Shown: piece after piece, positions 28,156 to 38,097 of the stretch
How positions within the stretch are numbered: the first letter of the stretch is position 1
Layout: each line of letters begins with the position of its first letter
Virus record (IMG/VR): IMGVR_UViG_2531839130_000007
Span: 1 to 45,691 of that record
Origin: a virus
Lineage: Duplodnaviria > Heunggongvirae > Uroviricota > Caudoviricetes
Strand: one strand, 5' to 3'
Length of the DNA: 45,691 nt
Made by a program: the position numbers and the translations under genes
Notes under the pieces: model-generated
Databases searched by the model: none
What the model saw: the letters and a program-made list of their open reading frames with translations, nothing else
What the model was told of the DNA's origin: nothing

Positions 28156-29086
28156 GGAATTAGCCGAACAGCACAGTTCGCAGCTCTCGTCCGTTCTTAA
28201 ATCCGCAGTTGAAACCATCTCGTCAGACCAGGAAATCACGTTCAGGCTCTATGTCCGGCAGGTTCTGCCGCTGGATGGCTTTGTCTATTGGGTTAATGCG
28301 GAAATCATCAGTTGCGATGAACTGTGTCGCCTGAATATTGAGTCACCAACTCGTCTGAAAATCAAAGGCAGCCTGCATCGTCAGGTTATTGCGATTCAGG
28401 ACGAGTCTGTCTCGAAGGATGTGAACAACATTATTTTCACGCCTGTTCAGCAGGTTGATGATTTTAATGTGGAAAATCCCGATGCGATCTATCTCGGTGA
28501 GTACGGAGGCGTCCAGTTCGCTTTTTCACGAATGGAGAGCCGTTATCAGCAGTCGGGTATTTTTCATTATCGCGGCATGGCGATTTTGCCAACCATGCGT
28601 TCCCAGATTATCGACTGCGAGGAGGATATCAGCGACGAGCAGATCATCTCTAACAGCATCCCGATCTGGCTGCAAATGAAAGATGCCGCGACCGTGTATC
28701 CGTCTTACCTGGTACCGCAGAACCTTCGCCCACCGTATATCGCGGTGGATGTTCGCAACAGTATTCCGTTGCAGGTGGCTCCCGTTGTTTTCGGCGGTGA
28801 GCGGTTTCAGCTCGTCCAGGATTCGGTTCGCCTGACGCTTTACGGATTCAGCAACAAAATGGCGCTGGATCTTGTCGACTCGGTGGTGAACAGGGCGCTG
28901 GAGGAGGAAAGGTTTGGTGTAACCAATATTCCGGTGGTTCAGGACGCAAAGTCGGGACAGGTTGAAATCAACGCTCTGGCGAAGAAAAAGATTGTCGATT
29001 TTGACGTGAATTACTACCAGAGCACCGCCCGGGAAATGTCCCGGCAGTTGATTGAAAAAGTTATTTGTAAATATGAGGTTAAATAA
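28142..29086 (+). CDS. Hypothetical neck / tail completion protein
   Basis: 314 aa immediately upstream of the sheath gene. Confidence 0.4.
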   Translation: MPSLEELAEQHSSQLSSVLKSAVETISSDQEITFRLYVRQVLPLDGFVYWVNAEIISCDELCRLNIESPTRLKIKGSLHRQVIAIQDESVSKDVNNIIFTPVQQVDDFNVENPDAIYLGEYGGVQFAFSRMESRYQQSGIFHYRGMAILPTMRSQIIDCEEDISDEQIISNSIPIWLQMKDAATVYPSYLVPQNLRPPYIAVDVRNSIPLQVAPVVFGGERFQLVQDSVRLTLYGFSNKMALDLVDSVVNRALEEERFGVTNIPVVQDAKSGQVEINALAKKKIVDFDVNYYQSTAREMSRQLIEKVICKYEVK

Positions 29087-30423
29087 TGGGATTTAATATC
29101 GTCACGGTGAATGTGTCCCAGAGCATCGGGGCCATTCCCTCGAATTTGCAGCAGATGTCTGCGGTTCTCTCGTTTGGTTCCACGACTCATGAGCCGGGAA
29201 AACCCGTATTACTCACCCGTAATCAGGACATTAACGAACTGGTTAAAAATCCGATTGCTGCCTTGTCGGCGGCTGCCGCAGGAAAATCTGCGGCAAACGT
29301 CACCGTTACGATGACGCTTCCGGAAGGGAGCAACATCCGACGCGAAAACAGTTCTGAGGTGAAAATTGTTGTTTCCGGGTGTTCGCCCGACGCGTGGAAT
29401 GGCGAATATACTGCTACCGTCACGGATGAAAAAACACTGACCTGGACTATTACTGGTTCTCAGCTTTCCGGTTCGCCAGTGACACTGGGGCAGTTTTCCA
29501 TTGCTGGCAGTGAAAATCTGGTGACGGCAGTAAACACGTTTTTTGCCCAGGGAAATTCAGTTGGAATTTACCTGCTGGAGCTGGGAGTACAGAAAGGCGG
29601 AGTCAGTAAGGAAATCGCTGCGCTGAAATCTTATATGGAAGATCCGCTCCTGCGTTTTTATGCGTATCTGGTGCCGCAGCCGTGGGATGGTGACGCAGAA
29701 TTTATCAGTCTGGCAAAACTCCACACCGCCAACGAAGCGATGCAGTATTTCTTCGTGCTGACGAAAACGCCGGACGACATGAATTACGTTTCGCCTTATG
29801 CCGGTATTAAGTCGGTTATTGCAACGGCGGATGATACGTACCCGGCGACAAACGCGGCAGCAGCCGTAATGTGGAACTATGTTTCCGCATCACCTTCAGA
29901 AATCAACAAGGTGCCGCCGATGGCATTTCGCTATCTGCAGGCGGTAAACGCCCACAAGGGCAAAAATTCCATTCTGGCCACGATGACAAAGCAGAATATT
30001 AACTACGTCGATACGGGTGCTGAGGGTGGAATTTCCAACACGATTCTGGTGAAAGGCGTTACCAGTGACGGTAACGATATGACGTACTGGTATTCCGTAG
30101 ACTGGGTGCAGATTAACGTCGATATGCAGCTCGCCAACACGGTGATCAACGGCAGCAATAACCCAATTAACCCGCTTTACTACAACCAGGACGGAATCGA
30201 CCGTCTACAGCAGGTCGCACAGGCGGTGTTCAATACGGGCGTATCTTACGGCCTGGTCAACGGCCAGCCTGTCGTCGATGCAGTGCCTTTCCGCCAGTAT
30301 ATCAACACTAATCCGAATGATTACGGTATCGGGCGTTATGCAGGCCTTTCGGCCTCCTATACGCCGATGCGCGGATTTGTCGAAATCATTTTTAACATCA
30401 ATGTGACAATGCAGCTTTCGTGA
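29086..30423 (+). CDS. Contractile tail sheath protein
   Basis: 445 aa followed by a 147-aa tube-sized gene, a frameshift-type chaperone pair and a tape-measure gene: the canonical myovirus order. Confidence 0.6.
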   Translation: MGFNIVTVNVSQSIGAIPSNLQQMSAVLSFGSTTHEPGKPVLLTRNQDINELVKNPIAALSAAAAGKSAANVTVTMTLPEGSNIRRENSSEVKIVVSGCSPDAWNGEYTATVTDEKTLTWTITGSQLSGSPVTLGQFSIAGSENLVTAVNTFFAQGNSVGIYLLELGVQKGGVSKEIAALKSYMEDPLLRFYAYLVPQPWDGDAEFISLAKLHTANEAMQYFFVLTKTPDDMNYVSPYAGIKSVIATADDTYPATNAAAAVMWNYVSASPSEINKVPPMAFRYLQAVNAHKGKNSILATMTKQNINYVDTGAEGGISNTILVKGVTSDGNDMTYWYSVDWVQINVDMQLANTVINGSNNPINPLYYNQDGIDRLQQVAQAVFNTGVSYGLVNGQPVVDAVPFRQYINTNPNDYGIGRYAGLSASYTPMRGFVEIIFNINVTMQLS

Positions 30424-30434
30424 GGGACTGAACC

Positions 30435-30878
30435 GTGCCTAATCCAATGATCCCCGTTGGCACCCTTAACCGGGTTCGCGCCAGCGTTAAATTCACCTCT
30501 CATTCCGAACTGAATGTGTCCGCCTCATTTCTGGCAAAAGAAGGCGTCGAATTGTCCTTTCAGGGCAATATCACGGAGTTTTTACCCGCTATGACGGGAG
30601 CTGTGCAGTCGCCGCAGCCATACATGATTTTACAGGCGCGTGTTCATCTGCTGCGTAGCCAGGCGCTGGGAAAACAATTCAAGGCGCAATGGGAAAAAAA
30701 CGCCACGATCGGCGACGCAAAAGTGTATAGCGACAGCACGGTATTCGGTGACTTCGATATCTATAACACGGCGATCACCAACGTGCAGGATATGACCTTC
30801 GCTGGGGGCGAGCCGGGTGTGGCCATCACCATTACCGGTACGTATTACATCAACTCTGAAATGTGGGATCTGGTATGA
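30435..30878 (+). CDS. Tail tube protein
   Basis: 147 aa directly after the sheath gene. Confidence 0.55.
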   Translation: MPNPMIPVGTLNRVRASVKFTSHSELNVSASFLAKEGVELSFQGNITEFLPAMTGAVQSPQPYMILQARVHLLRSQALGKQFKAQWEKNATIGDAKVYSDSTVFGDFDIYNTAITNVQDMTFAGGEPGVAITITGTYYINSEMWDLV

Positions 30879-31492
30879 AAATCTCCCGAAATCTGAATCT
30901 GATTATTCCTGTCCGGACAGAAAAGGGTAACGGCTGGATCCATGCCACGCCGATCAGCAAAGAGGTGTTTAAAGAGCATTTCTTCATTCTGAGTAAAACT
31001 TTTTCTGCCATTTTTTCTGAAGGTCTTGGCGTCGTTGCGGGTCCGCGTATCGCCTGCCTTATGCTGGAACGGATCTCCTCAGATATGAACATCTGGGATG
31101 GCGAAAAGGGCGTTCGTAATACGCTCGTGAATGAAATCATTCGCCTTGCGAATCTGGTTTACCCAGTCGAAGGGAAAGGTTATGACACGCTCCCGCTTGA
31201 TATGGCGCTGGAGCGCGGCATCGTTGAATTTGATGATGTGGCAGGTGAACTCGTTTTTTTTACATGCGTCTCGTCGATAAACACACCGGAGCAGACGGAG
31301 CAGATGATGCTGGCAGTCAGTGGAATGTGGAACAGTCGCACTTCATCCTTGAGTCTTACGGAATGGATTGCTTCATTGCCGACATTGAAGCCTGTCGCCA
31401 GTTCTGGCGCGACGGCGAGCACGTTATCAGCGACATCCTCGACTACTCAGCCGGAGACGGATTCAGCGACATCTGGGCAAATTCCGGTCTGA
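30875..31492 (+). CDS. Tail assembly chaperone (G-like)
   Basis: Start ATG 30875 overlapping the tube stop (ATGA); contains a T8 slippery tract at 31254-31261 with a second frame open downstream. Confidence 0.5.
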   Translation: MKISRNLNLIIPVRTEKGNGWIHATPISKEVFKEHFFILSKTFSAIFSEGLGVVAGPRIACLMLERISSDMNIWDGEKGVRNTLVNEIIRLANLVYPVEGKGYDTLPLDMALERGIVEFDDVAGELVFFTCVSSINTPEQTEQMMLAVSGMWNSRTSSLSLTEWIASLPTLKPVASSGATASTLSATSSTTQPETDSATSGQIPV

Positions 31493-31566
31493 ATGTAAAA
31501 ACAGCAGCTCAGTTTCGTGAGCTGCGTAAATGCACGACGCCGGGAGGTGTATTGAATGTCAGGTAA
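31249..31566 (+). CDS. -1 frame extension of the tail chaperone (GT-like product)
   Basis: Frame -1 relative to the chaperone opens at 31249 inside the T8 tract and runs to 31566, overlapping the tape-measure start. Confidence 0.35.
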   Translation, partial: TRFFYMRLVDKHTGADGADDAGSQWNVEQSHFILESYGMDCFIADIEACRQFWRDGEHVISDILDYSAGDGFSDIWANSGLNVKTAAQFRELRKCTTPGGVLNVR

Positions 31567-33544
31567 TCAGATGCCAGTTCTGACACTGGACGTTAATGAA
31601 GAACATCTTAAGCGACTTGAGGCGATATTTGAAAAGTATCGCAACGGGCTGATGATTGGCCCTGCCGGTACGCCTCTTAAAATACCTTCAAATATAGATC
31701 CGGGAGGTGGCGTCCGGCAGACAACTACAGGCGGAGATGCCAATCAGGCTCCCAGGAAACCATCTTCACCCGCGCCAGTTTCGGCTGCTTCCACTGATGG
31801 ACGTTTAAGGGATGAAAAAGGGCGCTTTGTTGGAAGCGGGAAAACACCTGATTCGCTGGTGAGCAACTATAAAGGTCGCGGCGAAACGATGTTTGATAAG
31901 TACCTCAGCGGGCTGGGTAAAAACGCTCAGGGGACGCTGAAAACTTACAAACAGATCAATTCAACGCTTAAAACGACTAATTCCCGGTTAAAAAGCCTGT
32001 TTAAAACCACGGTTTCGTGGGGGGCGAAAATAGCTGCAATAGGGGTTGCGGGGCCGTTTGGCTACGGCTATATGGCAAGTAAAGTCGCAGCACAGTATAG
32101 CGTGGCTCAGGGGTTAGGGGTGGAAACCGCCCAAATGCAGGCCGCACGTGCCACCTATTCGCCATATTTTTCTGGCACAGAAGATCTGGTTCAGCATCTG
32201 GCTAACGCACAGAAAAACCCGAACGATCCAAACTATGCTGGCCTGGTTAGTCTTGGAATTGATCCGCGAGATGGTGCTGCAAAGAATCTGCCCAAACTTA
32301 TGAGCGCGCTTGCATCTCTCGTTAAGCGATATAAAGGTTCAGGACTTACTCAGGGGATTCTCAACGGACAAGGGCTTGGATTTGTTGATGTCGCGACAAC
32401 TAACCAGGTGGAAGCGAATCTGGACAAGATCCCCCAACTGAACGAGAAATTTGCATCAAATACCAGGTTGCTCGGTGCTTACCTCACGCCAGCTATGCAG
32501 TCAGGTTATCAGGACACGGTGAGTAACCTGATGGTAAATGGAAACAGAATATCAAATTCCTGGTATGCAGCTCTCGCCAGATATAACCCACTAATCACAG
32601 GTGCATCTGATGGGCTGACATCCAATATTGAAGGTTTTCTGAATGGTGGAAATTTTCAGAAAATTCTCACTGAGGCTGGCGAAGGGCTGGAGAAACTTGG
32701 TAAGTGGCTGAATAGCGAACAATTTAAAAATGATCTTGACGATTTTTCTCTGGCGGTGAGCCGGATTGCAAAAGCAATATGGTCAGCTATCAAATGGATC
32801 GGTGGGGAAGATAAATATCTCCCCGGAACCGGAGTTGGTGCTGAACAGGCAGATCCAGTTCTTGCGGCATTTGGAAATAAATATCTCAGTGGTGCGTTGC
32901 CGGGAGCAAACCCGATGACAAATCAGTATACGGGTGAGTTTTATAAACAGGATGATGTATATAAAAATTACCGTATGCCTAATGATTTAAAGAGAAATAT
33001 TCAGAACTTTGTAGAGCAAGCCAATAATACTTATCGACTTCCTAAAAATATGATGTCAGCTATCGCAGAAGTTGAATCTTCGTGGAATCCTCTGGCAAGA
33101 GGAACTCCAGATGAAAAAGGTAGATTCGCTAAGGGGTTGTGGCAATTCTGGGATAGCACCGCAAAACAGTATGGTCTGGTGGGTGATGATGTTTATGATC
33201 CAAATAAATCCACTCTTGCGGCTGGCCGCTTTTTAAATGATCTGAATCGGCGTTATAAAGGCGATGTGGCAAAAATGCTTACGGCATATAACGGAGGTCG
33301 TATTGATAGAGATGGAAATCTAAGTTTGAGAATGGAGACTGTAAAATATTTAATTAAATTATTGCCTCAGATTCAGGGAGCCTTGGATCAACACCCTGGT
33401 ATTATGAGTCAGCTAAGAAATGCCAGAGATAACCTTCAGGGTGCTGGCAAAAATGCCCGCGCAATAATTGAGCTTCAGGTGCGACAATCGCCGGGTTCCG
33501 ACATACTGGCACAACTCGCCGGAACGCAACAAATACCGGGGTAA
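31556..33544 (+). CDS. Tail tape-measure-position protein with C-terminal lytic transglycosylase-like domain
   Basis: 662 aa; C-terminal motifs AEVESSWNPLA, GLWQFWDSTA and AYNGG resemble SLT domains. Confidence 0.55.
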   Translation: MSGNQMPVLTLDVNEEHLKRLEAIFEKYRNGLMIGPAGTPLKIPSNIDPGGGVRQTTTGGDANQAPRKPSSPAPVSAASTDGRLRDEKGRFVGSGKTPDSLVSNYKGRGETMFDKYLSGLGKNAQGTLKTYKQINSTLKTTNSRLKSLFKTTVSWGAKIAAIGVAGPFGYGYMASKVAAQYSVAQGLGVETAQMQAARATYSPYFSGTEDLVQHLANAQKNPNDPNYAGLVSLGIDPRDGAAKNLPKLMSALASLVKRYKGSGLTQGILNGQGLGFVDVATTNQVEANLDKIPQLNEKFASNTRLLGAYLTPAMQSGYQDTVSNLMVNGNRISNSWYAALARYNPLITGASDGLTSNIEGFLNGGNFQKILTEAGEGLEKLGKWLNSEQFKNDLDDFSLAVSRIAKAIWSAIKWIGGEDKYLPGTGVGAEQADPVLAAFGNKYLSGALPGANPMTNQYTGEFYKQDDVYKNYRMPNDLKRNIQNFVEQANNTYRLPKNMMSAIAEVESSWNPLARGTPDEKGRFAKGLWQFWDSTAKQYGLVGDDVYDPNKSTLAAGRFLNDLNRRYKGDVAKMLTAYNGGRIDRDGNLSLRMETVKYLIKLLPQIQGALDQHPGIMSQLRNARDNLQGAGKNARAIIELQVRQSPGSDILAQLAGTQQIPG

Positions 33545-33547
33545 AAG

Positions 33548-34216
33548 ATGTCACTTAATTACTTTGGGCAGGCTTTCAAACTGGCGTTTGAAGTCTCGCC
33601 CATTCTTTTGGTTGACGGCATAGCGTCGAAAATTCCCGGCGGGGTAATGCCGATTGCTGTTTTGACCGAAGGCCTAAGCATAGCGAACGGTCTGCTGCAT
33701 GGAGAGATTCATACACGCTCGATGGTGGCATTCACGCCAATGGCCGGGACAACGCTGGTACAGCAGGATATCTGCAACCTGAATTTCTATAACCAGGTAA
33801 CGGCAGCGAATGCGACCGTCAGGAAGCCTAACCGGGTAGTCATGCAGATGATCCGTCCGGCATCAACGGAGGACGGTGGCTACACCACGAAGGGGATGAC
33901 GTTTACGGCGCTGAAAATGGCGCTTGATATGCATAACCAGTATGGCGGTTGCTACACCGTTCTGACTCCCTCGTTTATCTACACGCGCTGCCTGATGCGG
34001 TCGTTTATCGATACATCCGGTTTCTCTGAGCAGAACAAGCAAGTGCAGCACACCTGGCAGATTGAGTTTGAGCAACCATTGTCGTCTGTCGAACAAACAG
34101 TAAAGACGCTGGCGAGCGTTCTGGATAAATTTGATAAAGGGATGCCGTCAGACGGGCCGCTATCGTGGTCAGGTATTAAGAACCAGGTCGTGCAGGAGTT
34201 TGGTATTGGCTTATGA
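33548..34216 (+). CDS. Tail / baseplate assembly protein
   Basis: 222 aa; position only. Confidence 0.4.
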   Translation: MSLNYFGQAFKLAFEVSPILLVDGIASKIPGGVMPIAVLTEGLSIANGLLHGEIHTRSMVAFTPMAGTTLVQQDICNLNFYNQVTAANATVRKPNRVVMQMIRPASTEDGGYTTKGMTFTALKMALDMHNQYGGCYTVLTPSFIYTRCLMRSFIDTSGFSEQNKQVQHTWQIEFEQPLSSVEQTVKTLASVLDKFDKGMPSDGPLSWSGIKNQVVQEFGIGL

Positions 34217-34479
34217 CAACGTTAATTCCTTTCAAACCGGACGGGCGAGGTCCGTTTCAGTTCACGGCCAGAATCGGAGAATATGAAACATTCGCCCGCG
34301 TTCCGTTTAATCTGTACGCAAACCGTTACTATCTGGAACTGAAAGACAGTTCTGGCAAGGTCATTGTATATACGCCTCTGATTGCTTCCCCTGATGGTTA
34401 CGATATTAATCTGGCGCTTCTATTTGCGCCGGGAAGGCTCATTTTTCGTGAAAGTACTAATCAGTTTGAGGTTTCGTAA
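34213..34479 (+). CDS. Small tail protein
   Basis: 88 aa, translationally coupled to neighbours. Confidence 0.4.
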   Translation: MTTLIPFKPDGRGPFQFTARIGEYETFARVPFNLYANRYYLELKDSSGKVIVYTPLIASPDGYDINLALLFAPGRLIFRESTNQFEVS

Positions 34480-35486
34480 TGCGTTATTACCGCCTGGAAA
34501 TCATTAACCCTAAAACAGGCAAGCCGCCAGTGGATAGCAACGGAAAACCTATCGGGCCTTTTGATACCAGTAAGACACCAGGTTGTGGGTTACATGTTGA
34601 ATTTGACTTTGAAGTAACCGGCCTGGATGTAGTCAGGTCTGGCACGATGCTGACGATCTACGGATTACCAATCGAGATGTTGAAGCAAAGTGTGAATTTG
34701 CAGGGGTGTCTGGTCCGTATGAAAGCGGGCTTTGTTGAGGGATTGCCTTTGGCAAACCCGGAACAACAGGGTGAAGTAATCTATGGTGAAATTTATCTGG
34801 CCTACGCCAACTGGATTGGCACAAACCAGACTTTAAATCTGGTCATTAACCCCACCATACGCAAAACCGATGACGGTAAACCGTTCTTTATCAAGGGCGA
34901 AGGGCGAACCGGGGAAAAGGTGGGTGATGTTATCTCCCGCGCGTTGCAAAAGGCATTTCCGAATAAATTGATCGATTGTACCGTCAGCGACAGCCTCGTT
35001 TTGCCAGAGCCGTGGAATGGAACCTACGAAGACATTGGTTCGCTGGCGATGGTTCTCCGTAGTGCTTCAATCGCAATGATACGCGATGAGAAATATAGTG
35101 GAGTTACCATCAGCATCCTTTCAGACAGAATACGAATTTACGATAACGCGTCAGCAAAGTGGGGAGAGCCCAAAACAATTCATGCCCATGAACTGATTGG
35201 GCAGCCGACCTGGATAGCGCCGTTTACTGTCAGTTTCAAATGTCCTCTGCGGGGCGATATCAGGTGTGGTGATGTGGTTAAATTGCCGGAGGGGCTTTAC
35301 TCCGGCGCTGCGTCGATTGTGATGGCTAACACAACAGCCCCCAGTGTTATCTCCAAAAATTCGACCACGTTCACCGGAAAATTTCTGGTTAAGTCTGTCA
35401 GACACATTGGAGCATATCTTACTGCTGACGGCGATGCCTGGGTGACGGTTTTCGAGGCATATGCTGAGAACTGGGTGAGGGGGTAA
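34479..35486 (+). CDS. Baseplate hub-like protein
   Basis: 335 aa immediately upstream of the spike gene. Confidence 0.4.
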   Translation: MRYYRLEIINPKTGKPPVDSNGKPIGPFDTSKTPGCGLHVEFDFEVTGLDVVRSGTMLTIYGLPIEMLKQSVNLQGCLVRMKAGFVEGLPLANPEQQGEVIYGEIYLAYANWIGTNQTLNLVINPTIRKTDDGKPFFIKGEGRTGEKVGDVISRALQKAFPNKLIDCTVSDSLVLPEPWNGTYEDIGSLAMVLRSASIAMIRDEKYSGVTISILSDRIRIYDNASAKWGEPKTIHAHELIGQPTWIAPFTVSFKCPLRGDIRCGDVVKLPEGLYSGAASIVMANTTAPSVISKNSTTFTGKFLVKSVRHIGAYLTADGDAWVTVFEAYAENWVRG

Positions 35487-36199
35487 TGTCAAACGCTCAA
35501 AAATTACCGCTTCTCCGAACGTTGTCGGAGATGATGACCAGCTCTGGTAACCAGCAAGCCGAGCTGAAAGGACGGGAATTACCCTGTCATGTGGTGGCGG
35601 TGAACGGTCAGATAGTCACTGTTCAGTTCGATATGTTGCCAGAGGGGATCACCTTTCCTCAGATAACAATACCTGTGGCCACGTTCCCGTATATCCGTTT
35701 CCCGATACAACCAGGAGATCAGGGAGTGACGATCGCCGCCGATGTATCCCTGCGCGGTGTGTCCGGATTAGGGACAGGAATGGCGACTCTTTCCTACTCG
35801 ATGTCGCTGACACCGCTGTTTTTCGTGCCTCTGGCAAACAAGGAGTGGTCCGAAGAAGATCCGCGAAAAATTGTGTTATACGGTCCTGACGGCGCAATTA
35901 TTAAAACAGAGGACGGAAGCAGCTCGGTAACGGTGGCGCCGGAAGAAATCAGGCAAAAGTCGAAGGTAGTTTACCTCGAGGCCGAAGATATTTTCCTGAA
36001 CGGTCAAATTCACCTCAACGGACCGATCGTCCAGGACAAAGCCCAGATGAAGGATACAACCGCTTCGCTGATTGGTCCTCTTAAGGTCGAGAAAGATGCA
36101 GTTATCAACGGCGTGAGCGCCAGCAGCCACAGTCACGATGTGACTGGTGTTCAAAGCGGTGGCAGTACGATCACGTCGAAGAAACCAAATCCGGGTTAA
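35486..36199 (+). CDS. Baseplate spike protein (gpV-like)
   Basis: 237 aa; Gly-rich C-terminal segment with SHSH histidine motif typical of spike apexes. Confidence 0.55.
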   Translation: MSNAQKLPLLRTLSEMMTSSGNQQAELKGRELPCHVVAVNGQIVTVQFDMLPEGITFPQITIPVATFPYIRFPIQPGDQGVTIAADVSLRGVSGLGTGMATLSYSMSLTPLFFVPLANKEWSEEDPRKIVLYGPDGAIIKTEDGSSSVTVAPEEIRQKSKVVYLEAEDIFLNGQIHLNGPIVQDKAQMKDTTASLIGPLKVEKDAVINGVSASSHSHDVTGVQSGGSTITSKKPNPG

Positions 36200-36241
36200 T
36201 ACCGGTTCATTTCACTTTAAATACTACCCATAAAACGAAAA

Positions 36242-36278
36242 CCCCGACTGTTGGCCCAGTCGGGGTTTTCTGTTTCTG
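36242..36278. terminator. Strong intrinsic terminator after the spike gene
   Basis: 9-bp stem ccccgactg/cagtcgggg with loop ttggcc, then ttttctgtttctg. Confidence 0.7.
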
Positions 36279-36303
36279 ACCTTGAATAAGGCAAGGAGAA
36301 GTC

Positions 36304-36441
36304 GTGTTTGATTTTAGCAAACTGATTCGGGAGATTCGAGTTATGGCTGAAAAATTATCCACCTGGAAGTTTTTGCTTATTTGGTTGGTCTTTCTGATTC
36401 TGGCGTCTGGGTATTTTGTTGGCCAGATCCGATGGTGGTGA
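36304..36441 (+). CDS. Candidate small membrane protein (45 aa, not in the ORF track)
   Basis: GTG start 3 nt after AAGGAGAAG; product VFDFSKLIREIRVMAEKLSTWKFLLIWLVFLILASGYFVGQIRWW has one hydrophobic helix. Speculative. Confidence 0.25.
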   Translation: MFDFSKLIREIRVMAEKLSTWKFLLIWLVFLILASGYFVGQIRWW

Positions 36442-36448
36442 GGGCACG

Positions 36449-36796
36449 ATGAGAACATGGGGCCGCGTAACCGACGCGAACGGCAACAAAAAATGGGTTG
36501 CTATAGAATCTGACGCCAACGGTGATTTCTCCTACGGCTGGCTGACGACGCTCATTCAGACGTTAAAGCTGGGGTTGGGGGAGTCGCCGTTTTACGCGAA
36601 TTACGGCATTCCAGCGCAGCAGTGCATCGTGCAGCAGATTTACCCGGACTACTATGTGAACATGGTTCAGCAACAGTATGCCGGGTATTTTGCATCGCTG
36701 GCAATTTCAAAAGTGGATGGGGCAGAGAACCCCACCTATAACATCGATGTTGTGTTTTTTAACGGAACCAGTTACCGGACGCAGGTTCCGGTTTGA
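36449..36796 (+). CDS. Small baseplate protein (gpW-position)
   Basis: Start at ATG 36449; 115 aa, the size and position expected for a gpW-like wedge protein between spike and J-like genes. Confidence 0.4.
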   Translation: MRTWGRVTDANGNKKWVAIESDANGDFSYGWLTTLIQTLKLGLGESPFYANYGIPAQQCIVQQIYPDYYVNMVQQQYAGYFASLAISKVDGAENPTYNIDVVFFNGTSYRTQVPV

Positions 36797-37335
36797 GGCA
36801 AGTTTTCGGGCATCAATTGGGCCAGTGGCGTATTAAGAAGTTCATCGCGTGGCATGACAATCCATCCACTTTTGCGTAGTAAGTGAATTGCCCATTCTGT
36901 GGTTATAACTGAGCCTGATTTGTGATGCTCAATGTGGGTAACCGATCCGTTTCTGACGCGCATGATGATGTCAACATTCAGAGGGGATTGTGTGCTGGTA
37001 GTTTCTTTGCGTAGTTTCTTTTCGCACTCGATGAAGTATCGGCGGATCTGGCGTCCTTTTTCGTTGCGCTCGACCATTGCCAGTTCTTTGGCGGTGTCCA
37101 GGGTGAGGTGGTAGTCCTTGCGGTTGTGGCCTCCCCGGCCTTTTGCTTCCCGAATTTGGGAAGCAATCACATAGTCCTGATTTTCTACGAATTCATACTC
37201 GCTAAGTCGCTCGGTGATCCAAGTGGCAAAGCGCTTACCTACTTCGAGAAAGGCATGCAGATCGCGAGCGTTGCATAGAAGGGTGGTTTCGTTTGAGATA
37301 GTTCCGTTGAAAACGGGGATCAGTTGGGTTGTCAT
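36772..37335 (-). CDS. Phage antirepressor (Ant, KilA-C-type domain)
   Basis: 187 aa; block DYHLTLDTAKELAMVERNEKGRQIRRYFIECEKKL matches the antirepressor C-terminal domain as remembered; AAGAGG upstream of ATG 37335; opposite strand to the tail operon. Confidence 0.65.
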   Translation of the reverse strand: MTTQLIPVFNGTISNETTLLCNARDLHAFLEVGKRFATWITERLSEYEFVENQDYVIASQIREAKGRGGHNRKDYHLTLDTAKELAMVERNEKGRQIRRYFIECEKKLRKETTSTQSPLNVDIIMRVRNGSVTHIEHHKSGSVITTEWAIHLLRKSGWIVMPRDELLNTPLAQLMPENLPQTGTCVR

Positions 37336-37614
37336 GATGACCTCTTGTATCTTTTTCGAAGAAGAACCAAAGTGGCGTCGGGAGGTTCGAAACGGCTACA
37401 AGTACCGCGGACTTATTCCCCTTTCGGGTGTTGTATTCGTCGCCCTCCCGACATTGATCGGGGATGTGGTTGCACATGATGCAACCACTGAAAAAATAGG
37501 CATAAAAAATCCAACACTGACGGGGTTGGTTGCGTACCGCTTGTAAGAGGTTTCGACGCCTCAGTTCGGATTGTAGCCAGAGTTGGATGCCGTAGTCAAT
37601 TTAATGATAGTGCA

Positions 37615-38088
37615 TCATATCTTTTTGCCCTCAAGATGGCACTGGTAAGACGTTCCGCCGTGTTCATAAATCGCCCAATCAATAGCTTCTCCAGAAATCC
37701 GATTAATAGTTACGTGAGATTGAGGAATCCAATTAACTTTATCCCTAGATGCCTCGACAGTATATTCTATACGTAGGTCATTAATTGTTGGGCGATTGAC
37801 TCTAAACCAAGTATCATCACGGCCTAATGATTCGTTGTTTTGCATTATAATTACTGATTCAGTAAACCACGTTGTTTTTTTACCATCGGCAACACATGCA
37901 TTTCCAGAGTCAATTCTAATATTAAAGCATAATTTATCATTTAAAAGGTAAGGTTGGGGCCAGATTGCGGAGGTTGCGGTGTCGTTGCTATTAGATGGCT
38001 TACATATTATTCTTGATATGTTAGATGAGTGTGAAGAAAAACTCACAAAAAGAAGTAGGGATAAAAATTTCAATTTCATAAATATCAC
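37615..38088 (-). CDS. Secreted protein of unknown function (AT-rich cargo gene)
   Basis: 157 aa with N-terminal signal-like segment (M)KLKFLSLLLFVSFSSHS, several Cys; local sequence clearly AT-richer than the tail genes. Confidence 0.55.
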   Translation of the reverse strand: MIFMKLKFLSLLLFVSFSSHSSNISRIICKPSNSNDTATSAIWPQPYLLNDKLCFNIRIDSGNACVADGKKTTWFTESVIIMQNNESLGRDDTWFRVNRPTINDLRIEYTVEASRDKVNWIPQSHVTINRISGEAIDWAIYEHGGTSYQCHLEGKKI

Positions 38089-38097
38089 CGCCTGATT

